DNA of 64,000 nt, taken from Leptogorgia sarmentosa. Lineage: Eukaryota. Positions 1 to 12,298 of the stretch are shown in pieces. Under the pieces are notes generated by a model, which saw nothing but the letters and a program-made list of their open reading frames with translations, had not been told where the DNA came from and searched no databases. A program made the position numbers and the translations under genes. Location of the stretch: the NCBI GenBank assembly GCA_964658305.1, contig OZ210885.1:6944001-7008000 (forward strand), given 5' to 3'. The first letter of the stretch is position 1. Each line of letters starts with the position of its first letter.

Positions 1-8
1 TATGTTAG

Positions 9-3000
9 ATATTGACGAATGTCTGGACAAGTCCAATCATTGCGACTTGAATGCAAACTGTACAAATACTGACGGTTCATACAAATGTAAATGCTCTCAA
101 GGTTACCGAGGAAATGGGCAGAATTGTACAGGTAAATATGTCGCCAATCTTTTCTTCGGCGAAATCCCGCCAAAAATTTGAAATTGTTAAACAAAAATAT
201 TTTTATTATTTTTAATTTTTCAGACATTGACGAATGTTCTGAAGGCAGCCATGGCTGTCACGCTGACGCAACCTGTAACAACACTCAAGGATCATACAAT
301 TGCACATGTCCCAGTGGAAAATATTGCCAGTACCTCAAAGGTGATTTATTTTATCGTGAAACGATGTATTTCAGTTTTGTTTGGTGTGCCGTGTGGAGAC
401 CAGTGGCGAAGCTAGCCCGAAAATTATGTTCATTCCTCTAGAACTTGATTGTCTTCGCGGTATTTAAGTTCGTGTTACAACTGTTGAGTTGAGACACGCG
501 AAATTTGCAAGTACTTGTCTCCATTACATTTTCCTAATGATTTCCTTACAAGTCAGATATAGGTTCACTAATTTACATCTCTTAACAAATGCGTTGCAAG
601 ATCACGATCATCCCAAATCGTGGGGATGCACGGCTTCTCCACTAGTGGAGATGTGTTTTCATGTCCCCAATGAAGTCTTAAATGGACCAATTGCATAATA
701 GACAAATTTTTAAAAAGTTCGAAATAGTACAACTAATAACAATAGCGTTAAAGAGCATCCCAAAATTACTAACATTGCAAAGTTTGGGTGCAAAATGTGG
801 TAAAATACGGAAAATGTAACCGTGCAAAGTAGGGAAAATTTGTATACTTTTGTATTAGCTACGTGCGTCAATTGCTAACTAAATTAGTTACTTCATTTCG
901 CACGTAATACAAAAGTATACAAAAGTAACGGCCGTAGCCAGGGCTATTTATTTTGAAATCAGTTCTCTTTAATTTCAAAAGACATCTGCAGAATATCAAT
1001 ATAATTATGAACATTCACCCCCCAAAATTAACGCCCTAGCCTGGGCCTTGTCCGACATTGTTCGATTAAATTTATATTCACCTAGACGTGTCAGAGATAT
1101 TGAAAAATGAACCAAACGAATTCGAAAAGAAATTGAAAGAATGGTTGCCCATAACAGGATATTGGATCATTTGTTGGAGAGCAACACGAGATGGTTGGGC
1201 TGCGAGTACATTTCATTCAAGATGTGATGGAAAATCACCGACCATAACTATCTTTCAAGTTACCAACAACAACAAAAAGTATGTTTTTGGTGGCTATGCT
1301 AGTGAGCCGTGGAATACTCACAGTAAGTTAATTACAGTTATATTAGAAATGCATACCTGCATCAGTCTACTCTCGCCTTAATAATAGAAGATGCGAATTT
1401 ATTTTTTTGTAAATCAGCAGCGGACGGAATCATAGCGTTAAATTAACTTAAGGTTTGCAACCCTAGCGGCTCTTGGAAATAGACCCAAAACAAATCCGAC
1501 GTTTATCGAAAACAAAACCCCAAACGGCTTTAGAAAGAACACAACTTGAAAAGTAGTCTTTACTTTTTAGCCTAGTCCAAAATTTGACACAATAATATAT
1601 TGATAAAAATATTCTGGCTTCAAAATCGGGTCGCTGAATACAATAGGATCATAGATGTAGAGTTGGGGGGGGGGGGCTCTGGGGCTCGGGCCCCCCAGAA
1701 ATTTTATACTGGGGGCTCAGCCCCTGCAAAAATATTGCTGAAATTTGTAAGTCAACTGTACGAAAGAACATTTTCATGCCATCTAATAAATTGACTCAAA
1801 TAGTCAAATAAGATTACTTTAAGCTCTTGTACGTTGAAGTTTTGTTAGTACATTTTGTTAAATTGCTATATACAACCTAAATAAAATTTCTTGGGAAATT
1901 CTGGTGGTTTAAGTAAGTTGCAAATGTTGTATTACAATTCACCTATGTTTTTCACACCCCCTAAACCCTTAAGAGTTAAGGATGTTTGTTGCTTGTACTA
2001 CGGTAGTCGATGTTATGTGTAACCAGGTATGAGCCCCCCCGGACAAAACTAAAACTCTACACCTATGAATAGGATGGTGGAATCCAGTCTCAACGGTATC
2101 TCAAAAACCGTTGACAATACGACAATGAGCTGGTTAGTCAAAAATATTCCAAGATTTGTTTCATCTTTCCAAAGGCCAGAAAAGTGATATGCTGCTGTGG
2201 CATACCACTTCAGCTGTTCTGCCAATTGCCCATGACTTGGGTGACAGAGAGTTGTAGAATTTGTGTGTGGCAAATGTAACAAAACATACTGGAAAAGTAC
2301 TGTTGATTAAAGATAGATAGCTTTAAATTTGTGCCGTGACAATATAAAATATTTCAAAATGTCTTAACTGCAGATACGTGCATCAATTGCAACAGTTGTG
2401 TCTTTTTGCCCAGATAATCTACCGTGTTATATAATTTGTTTAGTTGATGTAAACTAAAAATGCATGCCCGTAATATTAGAGGGTCGTCGTGATCGGGTAT
2501 TCTCTGCAATACCCTGACAATGGGATGGAATTTTTAATATTTTCAATTTTAAAGAGCATTTTTCGTTTTACACTAAAAATTTACTTATGCTAGCTTGTCC
2601 ATACAATCAAACAACTAAGGGGGTTACACTGTCTACATATTTCAGAAATCGTTTTCTTTGAGATCTATAAGATGCTCACTTCTTCAATATAAAAGCCCAT
2701 GATTTCAGTCAACCATATTGCTCTACATCATCCGTCTTGGCTATACGCACGCGGCATCTTATTCAGTTACACCTCAGCTTTTAATACTTCATTTATATGC
2801 TAGAAAATGTCATGCTTCCTGACGATGCATTGCGCGCTCACAGTTGAACGTTTATTGTTTTGGGAAGGGGCAACTTCTTTGAATTCGCTGTATATGAACT
2901 AAGGTTACTCACTCATTTATGCATTTGAACTCTGAACCACTCTGAACTCTGAGAGTTTAGAATTTAAATATGTATTTCCTGGATTGCAAAAAATCCACAG

Positions 3001-3443
3001 CCAGGCAATATTTATAGGCTGCAGCCTACTTTTCCGAAACTAATGATCTTCATCACGAAATATTCGATTAGCAAGATCAATCATATCTACCCAAGGCCAA
3101 GTTAACAGCGTTAATTTTTACAGGTGTTTATAGATCTGCTCCAGGATCATTTTTGTTTTCCCTGCGCAATAAAGATGACCTTCCACCATTCAAGGCTCCG
3201 CTGAAAAGCGTGGACAGCGGGCACGCACTTTACTGCTACAGTATATATGGACCAACATTTGGTGGTGGTCACGACTTGCGCATTGGCAACGATGCGAAAT
3301 CAAACACCAACTGCTACACGAATTTTGGTCACACCTACCAAGCTCCATCTGGATACACTCAGGACCAAGCCAACACACAATCCCTCTTGGCAGGAAGCTA
3401 TTACTTCACTCCATCAGAAGTCGAAGTCTTGTATCTAAATTAA
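9..3443 (+). CDS. Copy A (5'-partial) of the EGF-TLDc gene; exons 9-131, 224-340 (cbEGF), 1086-1322, 3124-3443 (TLDc)
   Basis: AG/GT-bounded phase-1 exons encode DIDEC...C EGF repeats. TLDc motifs: [60 protein letters not shown]. The frame is continuous after splicing. Confidence 0.85.
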
Positions 3444-5260
3444 AAACCTACTTCAACAATGCCATAAGGTAAATAATTTTAACATAAAGCAGAATATACC
3501 GAAAATGATTTGAAAAAAAGCCTACTCCCATGTAATCTCCATGATTGCAAAACACACCTCAATCAATTTTATAATTTAGGGAACTTTATATGTTTAGGGA
3601 ACATAAAATTTCCGTGTCTAAAAATCGACAAGTCTTAACAATCTATAAAGACTTCTTCCTAAAATACATAACAGCCCTAGACGTTTATTTTTATTACAAC
3701 AAACCTAATTACCGGGTTTAATTTAACTAAAAGTTAATTGCTTTAATTACAATTAAAATTTACCATATTTGCAACATTACAAACTAAGAATTCCAAATAT
3801 TTTTACCTGCATGGAGTATAGCGTGGTCCAAAATCAGGATGTTTTTTATAACAATAAAAAAGTCAAAGTTGTAAATGTGAGCAATAAAGTTTCCGTCTCC
3901 TATTGTCCCATTGTAGTCAGAATATAATAAAATTAAACTCTGTCTATAGTTCACGATTACTTTAAGATTGCTTCGTGTTCCATTTTCTAATCCTTACTTT
4001 ATATTTTATTATAGTTGTTTTTTCAGAACGTGAAAGGAGGCAACATGTTTATGTCTTGATATATGCCTCCAAAATTCCAATTCATTGGACATCGATCTCG
4101 CTTAATTCAGCTTGTTGCATGATGCTGTTTGGTATCATGTAATCTGGTAACATATTCCTTAAATTTCTTAACTTTCTTATCTTATTTGCACATTTTCATT
4201 ATAAAGGTTGTAGATATATACGTACACCCTGTATGATAGTAATAATTTAGAGATAATTTGTAGCTGTGGCTACTACGCTAGCTTGTTAAAAATCTGGTTA
4301 CTTGTAGGTTGAATGACATAGCGATAAAAACGTCATTTTTTCAAGTTTCCTAGACATTTAAATCTGCAGTCAAGTCCGTTTTGCTCATGGGCACGTTTTT
4401 CGTCTTATCAATCTTATACGAAGTTTGCAAATTAGAAATTAGCAAGTTATGCTTTACTCCACGTTTATAACGTATGCATGATTACATGCTAGAAATGTGA
4501 TACCAATCAGTAGTATAATCACAGATACAGCGTGGACGTACAAAATCGACTTGACTATTGGTATAAATTAAGTTCTGCATGACATGTTCAGAATTGTTTC
4601 TTTAATTGTTATAAGGGCAACAATTAACTAGTTTGAAAGAACTTTTTTTTTAAAATTGCATGCATAATACACTCGCACAAATAGACAAACACTGTAGTAT
4701 TTAACATTGTATGCATGGGTTTATTTGTTAAATAAAAATTTGCGAAATTCATAGTTGTCTGAATATGTATTATGAATTGTTTTACAGTAATTTAACTGTA
4801 CAACCAAACATGATGATCTACAAATAATACATGTTTTTGCGAAGCATAAAGTCAGTAAATTCGAAAACGAGGCTGAATCGCTAAGTTATGTATGTCCTAA
4901 TGTATCCGTTGCTCCTATATGTATATTTCATAGTTTGTTTTTCATAGCTTGCTTATACAATATGTTCTTACGGTGAATTATCAGCTTTCCTCTCCAAGCG
5001 CCTCTGGCCCTGTTGTCTATTGAAATCTGATCCATCTTGCGTCGCGAAATGTAATTTAACACTCAATATTACACAGGAAGTATTTGCATAACAAATACGA
5101 TTTTTTGAGAGTTCTTTTATTTCTAACTTCATGTTGCAAATATGAATACTATCGTCCGAATCCAGAACACAAGTTGCAATTAAATAAAGCCAAATCAATT
5201 CACTCCCCTACCACCCGTCCCTAAGGGTTATCTCGAAAACACTGACACACTGACACTGAC

Positions 5261-5350
5261 ATGGAAAACGCTGACATGGAAAACGCTGACATGGAAAACA
5301 CTGACATGGAAAACGCTGTCATGGAAAGCGCTGACATGAGAAACGCTGAC
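5261..5350 (-). repeat. Same 15-bp minisatellite x6
   Basis: ATGGAAAACGCTGAC units. Confidence 0.9.
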
Positions 5351-5359
5351 ATGACAAAT

Positions 5360-5800
5360 CATGTTGATTGTTTTTCGAAAGTCTTTTGACTGTACATTTT
5401 CTAATTGGACGTATACATTTCTTGGTGCCGACGCAATTTTCGCTGAAAATCTTTGAAAACAAAAGTATTTATAGCGGGAAGGCATTATGTAACATTTAAA
5501 AAGCGAGCAGGGAAGGTCGCCTTAAAGAAATTAAATGCTGATATTTTTGCACCATTCCCATTGCAGAAATTGTAAATACGTCGTGTCGCAAAGGAGGTCT
5601 CCCACAATCTTGGAAACACGCTGATGTTGTACCAATTCCGAAAAAAGACCCAGTACGCGATGTTAACCGCCACTTTCGGCCCATTTCCCTTCGGCACGAT
5701 TGTGTCGAAAGTCTTGGAGGACTTTTTTGTTGATAATTTTATAAAACCAGCTGTGCTTACAAAAGTTGACCCCAATCAGTACGGAACGATTCGAAACTCG
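5360..5800 (+). mobile_element. Internally deleted copy of the RT relic
   Basis: SKVLEDFFVDNFIKPAVLTKVDPNQYGTIRNS. Confidence 0.7.
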
Positions 5801-5847
5801 ATTTCTACTATCAAAAAAACGGTTAATGTCGGGAATTCCTGAGAAAG

Positions 5848-5900
5848 AAAAATCTGACCGATGCTCGAGCCACTTTCGCCACGGTCTGGATCCGCGCCTG
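5848..5900 (-). mobile_element. Solo terminus of the same hAT5-like family
   Basis: Ends ...GCCACGGTCTGGATCCGCGCCTG, the reverse complement of the terminus at 47572. Confidence 0.7.
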
Positions 5901-5949
5901 TGACGTCAACGTTAAGTTGAACAACGCGAGACCTGTTGGTTGTAGCAAC

Positions 5950-6031
5950 GTAGTCGTGGCCGAGCGGTTAAGGCGACAGACTCGAAATCTGTTGGGAAAT
6001 TCCCGCGCAGGTTCAAATCCTGCCGACTACG
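5950..6031 (+). tRNA. tRNA-Ser(CGA)
   Basis: GTAGTCG..CGACTAC acceptor stem, ACAGA-CTCGAAA-TCTGT anticodon arm, long variable arm, GTTCAAATCC. Confidence 0.9.
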
Positions 6032-6391
6032 TTATGCATATTTTCAATATTTTCGTCTCGAATTCAAACACGTTTTTTTTGGGGAAAAACCCTAGGAGAG
6101 GAAATTCTGTTCTCGGTGGTGATGGCTGAATGCTTAAATTCCATCTACAAAATCAAGAGAAAGAAGTGGCGTTTTTTATTGTTTTAAGGTTATGAAACAT
6201 GCCAAGAAAGACTTTGTATTAAAATCGTTTGTTTTAAACTGGAATTATAGAAAAAGTTCTAATAAAATAATGTGTACCCCTTTCACGTATTTGGGTCAGG
6301 TAAATTCTCAAGGGAAAGAATCAGAATGGGATGTGGAATGTTGAAGGTAGCAAAGAATAAATGTGGTAGGAAATTCCATGTTTTCATGCGT

Positions 6392-6515
6392 GTCAGGATG
6401 GCCGATCGGTCTAAGGCGCCAGACTCAAGTGTAAAAATTTGTCACGAACAACCTTTACATAACAGGACGTTCTGGTCCACACATGTGATCGTGGGTTCGA
6501 ATCCCACTCCTGACA
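6392..6515 (+). tRNA. tRNA-Leu(CAA) with ~40-nt intron (6430-6469)
   Basis: GTCAGGATGGCCGA...CCAGA-CTCAAG-[intron]-TTCTGG...GTTCGAATCCCACTCCTGACA; a few deviations from consensus. Confidence 0.8.
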
Positions 6516-6546
6516 CGAAAGTTCACAAACAAATTGAGAACATTGG

Positions 6547-6882
6547 AAATGGGCCGAAAGTGGCGGTTAACATCGCGTACTGGTACTTTTTCGGAATTGG
6601 TACAACATCAGCGTGTTTCCAAGATTGTGGGAGACCGCCTTCGCGATACGACTTATTTTCAATTGATGCAATGGGAAATGTGCAAAATATCAGCATTTTC
6701 TTTAACGACCCAACCAGAGATGCCATCCGGTCCCGTTGATTTACTTGAATTTAGTGTTAGTAAGCTTTTGAAAATCTGAATTTCCCAGACTTGAAAATCC
6801 TGCGCATTACTATCAAGTATTATTTGTTGACTATTCTGAAGTAAAGTAGTAAACTCTTTCATCGGTGCCGCTTATTTCCCTC
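6547..6882 (-). mobile_element. RT relic fragment
   Basis: STGPDGISGWVVKENAD and LPQSWKHADVVPIPKK. Confidence 0.7.
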
Positions 6883-6955
6883 TCGTTATTAGCTCAGTGG
6901 TTAGAGCACTGGTCTTGTAAACCAGGGATCCAGAGTTCAAATCTCTGATGAGGCT
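6883..6955 (+). pseudogene. tRNA-Thr(TGT) with 5' acceptor strand replaced by adjacent LINE relic
   Basis: Body nearly identical to neighbouring Thr genes, but GCCTCAT is replaced by TCGTTAT. Confidence 0.7.
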
Positions 6956-7198
6956 CAAAAGTATCGTTATCAAAAAGTTAGTTTTGAGAATGCGAAATAA
7001 TTATAAAGTGGAACTAAGAGTACCGCTTACTAGTTTGAAATCTATTCGTTATTATAAATCAATCAAAGACTATAAATGGTAACGTTTTACAAAGAATGAA
7101 AACAGGTGCATAATCTTCACTCGTATTTTTACCATTTTGAAACATCACATCAGTGCAAGATGGGAAAGTAATATAATTCTACAGCAAGCTTTTGAGTT

Positions 7199-7271
7199 GC
7201 CTCATTAGCCCAGGGGTTAGAGCACTGGTCTAGTAAACCAGGGGTCCAGAGTTCAAATCTCTGATGAGGCT
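7199..7271 (+). tRNA. tRNA-Thr(AGT)
   Basis: GCCTCAT/ATGAGGC stem, CTGGT-CTAGTAA-ACCAG arm, followed by a T-rich terminator. Confidence 0.85.
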
Positions 7272-7430
7272 TTATTTTCTTCGAACACATTGAAGAACGT
7301 GGAAGACAAACGCCTAGATTGTATTCCATGTGCTGTTCAGTGAGTTAAAACTGAAGAAATAAAAAAGCTATTGAAAGAGTACTATGTTGGAAAAAACATA
7401 CTAGGTACATACAGATTATTTTAGCATGTC

Positions 7431-7503
7431 GCCTCATTAGCTCAGGGGTTAGAGCACTGGTTTCGTAAACCAGGGGTCCAGAGTTCAATTCTCTGATGAG
7501 GCT
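7431..7503 (+). tRNA. tRNA-Thr(CGT)
   Basis: GCCTCAT/ATGAGGC stem, CTGGT-TTCGTAA-ACCAG arm. Confidence 0.85.
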
Positions 7504-7676
7504 GTATCAATAAGTATTCATTCACTTCCTTTTTATGATTGGTTACAAGGCATGCAGTTAGCTCTCCGGATTGTATAAGTGTGACCTGAAACTAAATTTT
7601 CAAGTGAGTTTATTTCATGAAAACACGTGATCTTTGTAATTGGATTTATGTTCTGAGTTTCAATAGGGAAGAAGTT

Positions 7677-7719
7677 GCCTCTTTAGTTCAGGGGTTAGAG
7701 CACTGGTCTAGTAAAACAG
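7677..7719 (+). pseudogene. tRNA-Thr(AGT) 5' half
   Basis: Matches the Thr body to just past the anticodon loop, then switches to an inverted duplicate segment. Confidence 0.7.
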
Positions 7720-7772
7720 CAGAGTTTGAGAATGTCAACACAAGCTGTTCAAATTGAAATTTTCAGAAGAAA

Positions 7773-7844
7773 TTCCCACGCCGGGAATCGAACCCGGGTC
7801 ATGGCGGTGAAAACGCCAGATCCTAACCACTAGACCACATGGGA
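7773..7844 (-). tRNA. tRNA-Glu(TTC)
   Basis: Reverse complement reads TCCCATGTGGTCTAGTGGTTAGGATCTGGCGTTTTCACCGCCA...GTTCGATTCCCGGCGTGGGAA. Confidence 0.85.
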
Positions 7845-8398
7845 GTGATAACTTGTTCACTATTCCTGCGTAACAAAGCCAGTTTGTTTCTCGTGTTGCA
7901 GTTGAAATGCAACAAAATGAAAATAATCTGCGTTATTATACATTTAATATTTATTCTAGTTCCTGATTGGTCAGAAAGCACCGGCTAATTCTCAGTATTC
8001 GGTATTTATTAGGTATCTTGCCAGATTTAAACTGGGGTCCTTGCAGTGTTAGAAGCACGTGTATAGTAACCAGTGCACTACAAGAAATGTATAGCAATCC
8101 CCAAATTTAACCCTACCAAACACTAACAAGATAATATAAAAAACACATAAACACAGTATTTCCGATGACTATTGAAAATTCGCAATGGTTTTGGGATCGT
8201 TCGGTTTTAACTGCGATTGATTGGGAAAATTCCAATAAAATAATGTGTGCCTCCGTCACGTAAATTGATTTTGTTGATCATGTTTAAAGTGTAACAATTT
8301 CCTAGAAATTACTCTGATTTATTATTTGAAGGTGTTTCGTGCAAATGTTCGGCATCTTGTGGAATATGAACATTATAACGAAAAAATTGGGCAACTTT

Positions 8399-8469
8399 GC
8401 GTTGGTGGTTCAGTGGTAGAATTCTCGCCTGCCACGCGGGAGACCGGGGTTCGATTCCCCGCTAACGCA
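8399..8469 (+). tRNA. tRNA-Gly(GCC)
   Basis: GCGTTGGTGGTTCAGTGGTAGAATTCTCGCCTGCCACGCGGG...GTTCGATTCCCCGCTAACGCA. Confidence 0.9.
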
Positions 8470-8553
8470 GATTATTTTCATTTTGTTGCATTTCAACTGC
8501 AACACGAGAAACAAACTGGCTTTGTAACTCAGGAATAGTGAACAAGTTATCAC

Positions 8554-8625
8554 TCCCATGTGGTCTAGTGGTTAGGATCTGGCGTTTTCACCGCCATGGC
8601 CCGGGTTCGGTTCCCGGCTTGGGGA
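8554..8625 (+). tRNA. tRNA-Glu(TTC), degenerate
   Basis: Glu body with T-loop GTTCGG and acceptor-stem mismatches. Confidence 0.65.
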
Positions 8626-8711
8626 TTTTTTCTGGAAATTTCAATTTGAAGCAGCTTGTGTTCACATTCTCCAACTCGTTCTCTGAAACCAAACTATTTT
8701 AACAGCGCTAC

Positions 8712-8784
8712 GACCTTGTGGCGCAATTGGTAGCGCGTCTGACTCCAGATCAGAAGGTTAAGTGTTCAATTCACTTCAAGGTCA
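8712..8784 (+). tRNA. tRNA-Trp(CCA)
   Basis: GACCTTG/CAAGGTC stem, TCTGA-CTCCAGA-TCAGA arm. Confidence 0.85.
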
Positions 8785-8880
8785 AGCACTTCTGGCCACG
8801 CTGTCTCTCGAAATTTTCTTCCAAATTCAAATTAAAAATGTTATCGTTATTTTCACATTGCGAGAAAAGACAAATGTTTC

Positions 8881-8952
8881 TCTCATGTAGTCCAGTGTTC
8901 AGGATGTGGCGCTCTCACCGCCAAGGCCCGACTTCGATTCTCGGCATGGGAA
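8881..8952 (+). pseudogene. tRNA-Glu(CTC), degenerate
   Basis: TGGCG-CTCTCAC-CGCCA arm intact; A- and B-box mutated. Confidence 0.65.
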
Positions 8953-9009
8953 TAATACTTGCGAGAGAAGGAAAAATTATGCATTTCCAAACCATTTCAA
9001 CAGCGCTAC

Positions 9010-9045
9010 GATCTTGTGGCGCAATTGGTAGCGCGTCTGACTCCA
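9010..9045 (+). pseudogene. tRNA-Trp 5' half ending at the anticodon
   Basis: Matches Trp up to GACTCCA, then unrelated sequence. Confidence 0.7.
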
Positions 9046-9601
9046 TTCCCTAGCCCTATTATTTCGTTTAAATTTGGAAATTAAATTGACATATTTTATC
9101 AAATTAATAGGGTTTATATTAGCTGTCTCGCGTTTGTGCCACTTTCTGGTATAAAAATTCACGTTATAAAAAAAAGAACTTTTTTAAAATTTTCCAACAA
9201 AATTTTGGATTCTAACTTAGATTATAAGTTTCCTATTCTCGTCTGAGGTTCACAAATCGTTCAAACTGTACTAAAAATCTGTATTTTTAGAATAAATGTT
9301 GCCTTGTATATGTTTTCCTATTATTTTTGTTATATATCTCGCGCAATGGAGAAGGCTGGGGCGAGTATAATTAATTCGCGTGGTGACGATTTCAGGCGAT
9401 GATTTGGAATTAACATGCACCAGTGAGTTTTGCAAAGATCTCAAATTAGAAACAGTCCCAAAGACGAGTGCAACTGGAGGTCGTTGGAAACCTCACGAGT
9501 GCATTGTTATCCGAATTTACGAGAAACCACACTATTACAAGTTAATAGTTTGCAGAAAAGTATTAGAGACAACTGTCGTTTTTTCCGTTATAAGAAAAAG
9601 A

Positions 9602-10333
9602 TATATATGTTATTTACCGGCTGGGAGGTCCGGATAGAAAAATATTTTGTCGAGGTCTCAAAAACGTTTTTGAGACCGAGACAAAATATTTTTCTATCCT
9701 GACCGACCTAAACGGTAAATAACGGATTTATTTTTTTGCTGCGCAATGCTATGATCAAACTCATAAGAAATTCCAGTGTAGCGAACTAGATTTGAGATCA
9801 GTTGTGTTTGTTTACTTTGTTACTCTATCGCAAGTATTGCTGCTAAACAGCCAAGACGAAGTGAAAAAAAACCTTCAGTTTTAGTACAATTGCTGCCTTT
9901 TCACTTAACATGACAATCAAAAAGGTAAATTTATTGAAATTATTTATCTTCTTTTACATTACACGATAAAAACACGGTTAAATATGCTTTAATACGACAC
10001 CGAAATATTTCGCCGAAAATGTTTCTTCGTACTAAAAATTATTTATAAAAATATAGAAGTGAAATTAACTTTAAACTTATGTAAATCAACTGGTCATAGT
10101 ATTTTATTAAAAAGGATGAATTTAAGTCAGGATAAACTGCAGATTTTCGATATATATTGCATTTTTTTGCCATTAAAACAAACATGCAAAGGATATTTTA
10201 TTTGCTTCGGCCATTACGGATTTAGGATTCCGGACCGTGGTCAAGATATCGTAAAATTCCGCCCGCTGCTGCAGCCAATCAGATTGCAGAAAACGCTAGG
10301 ATTCCGCCCGCTGCTGATTTACAAAAAAATAAG
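9602..10333. mobile_element. ~730-bp insertion present only in the first cluster copy
   Basis: Absent at the empty sites AAGAAAAAGATAAAAGCTATATTTG near 44735 and 63880. Confidence 0.65.
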
Positions 10334-10771
10334 AAAGCTATATTTGCGAACCGAAGATAATTTTTGCTTTGCATAGCGCGGCCGCCATGTTTGTTTTGTT
10401 TTGAAGCAAACTGTAGCTTGAGCTCTAATTTGATTGGTTCAAAGTAATAACATTAAAAAGCACTGTGATAACAGAAAATTGCACTGTGATAACAAGAAAT
10501 TGCACACTGTGATTACACTGAAAATTGCACTGTGATTACACAAAATTGCACTGTGATTTGGGAGTAACTCAGTACTCGAGTAATACTTTTATCTATATTA
10601 TCAAGAAAGAAACACCTAAAAGGCTAAATGTGTTTAAATAAAGTTGATCTATCTATCTATATTATTCCGAAGCAACCTTGGGCCTACGTCCCACGCGGTC
10701 ACCTCAGAGTGTACGTCAGTTGTAGATGTGAATGTTTGTTCAACAACGCGAAACCTGTTGGTTGTAGCAAC

Positions 10772-10797
10772 GTAGTCGTGGCCGAGCGGTTAAGGCG
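10772..10797 (+). pseudogene. tRNA-Ser 5' fragment
   Basis: GTAGTCGTGGCCGAGCGGTTAAGGCG with the same upstream flank as the Ser gene at 5950. Confidence 0.7.
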
Positions 10798-12298
10798 GTG
10801 AACTATATTAATACCTGGAACGATAACTCCTATGATTTGTCCTATGATTGGCTGATGTCGGCGGGCAAGAAAATTAACATTCAAACCAGGTGATCTCGTG
10901 TTCGTGTTTTAGCCAATCGGCGCCCAGAAAGGGTTGCCTGAATAGAAATCCATTTTGCTATATTCACTCAATTATATCTTTCGTTATTCGGGATGAAACC
11001 AGCTGAAATTTTGTAATTATGTTTGGTTATGAGAACTATAGCTCTGACAAAAATATGGAATCGAAATAAAGTATTTTATGGGAGATATTCAGTTGTTCCA
11101 ATCGGAAAATGGATTTCTATTTGACCGCTAGTCCCAGTCCTTTTCCGTGTATCGAGATCACCTGGAAAGGACTGGGGAGAGTTCTAAGGAGCGAGAATTT
11201 TTTCACCCGGCTTGTTTTTGAGCAAAAATGGCAAGAAATAACACGGTTTTTTGCAGAAAAACATCGATGTTTTGGATTCATACCAGGTTTCCTGTTAAGT
11301 TCCAACTGTTTTACGTCCATCTGCCGCAAAAAGTGAGTATTTTTATTTTTATATTTAAAAAAATGAGAAAAATACTCTTCAACCGTCAAAAATATATATT
11401 TTGAAACGTTTAGACAGTCCCAAAGCTATTTTGCAATAAACGGCAAGTATCCTTCTTGATTTTAAACGTTTTATTGCTTATTTATTCATTAAAACATAAA
11501 TAAATCGACGTTTTTCGAATGGTGTTATTTTCGGCTTCGGACTTTCAGTGGGCCTGGGGAGAGTATATTGTAAACAAAACCTTGGTTTTTGAAAAAAAAT
11601 GTCAAAAATACGTTGTTTTGAGCCGCAATATAGGGTTTTGATGCCTAAAAACCATGTTTTTGTATAGCTCAGTGTGATTCACGTCTGTCTGTGTAGATAA
11701 CGTTTCTGGTACCACTCTTGTACCGAAATTATTTGAAAAAAAATCATTTTCATTTTTTTAAGGTCAAAATCAGGGTTTGAAAATGGTCACTTTTTCGCTT
11801 CGTGGTTGTCAATGGCGGCGTTGAATTTGACATTCCACGTATGAATCTTTCGCCTTCTGTGGAGGAGAATAACTGAATGAATTCATAGATTAACTTTTCG
11901 TGACCCTGCCTAACAGCGGGGTGTTTTTACCATGCAAAATAATTCGATTAATAAGATTCGATTCATTGTTTCAATTCATTGTTTCACCATTTTAATAATT
12001 GGCATTTTTTTTAACCACGGCGTGTTCCAATTCAACAAAGTGAAATGTTTCAGACTAAAAGCCTCTAGTCTTCGTAATTGTCAGCTTTGAAACTACATAC
12101 TTTCTTGCTGATACGTTAAATGCGTGCGCATGCGTGGGTTTAATTCTGCGCCCCATAAGCGAAAGGACGTGGTTTGTAGTTTAAGATCCGTTAAAAACAT
12201 GTGGTTGATATCATGTAACCGAATTTTTTTCGTGGTGTTTTCTAAGGATTTGCGTAAGCTTTCAAAAAAACAGAACGTCTTACATGGTTAATTAACTG

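Larger units (their letters stand above)
1..5800. repeat. Left arm of a large inverted duplication (partner ~14240-20634); runs off the window start
   Basis: Introns, exons and 3' flank read as the reverse complement of the partner, with scattered SNPs and indels. Confidence 0.9.

Noticed and set aside
4968..5198. 76-aa ORF present in three copies (also 15183 and 53409)
   Set aside because: TTG start, lies in the duplicated flank next to the LINE relic, no recognisable domain.
8326..9053. ORFs overlapping tRNA genes, recurring in each cluster copy
   Set aside because: Conservation is explained by the tRNA bodies and recent duplication; most start at non-ATG codons.
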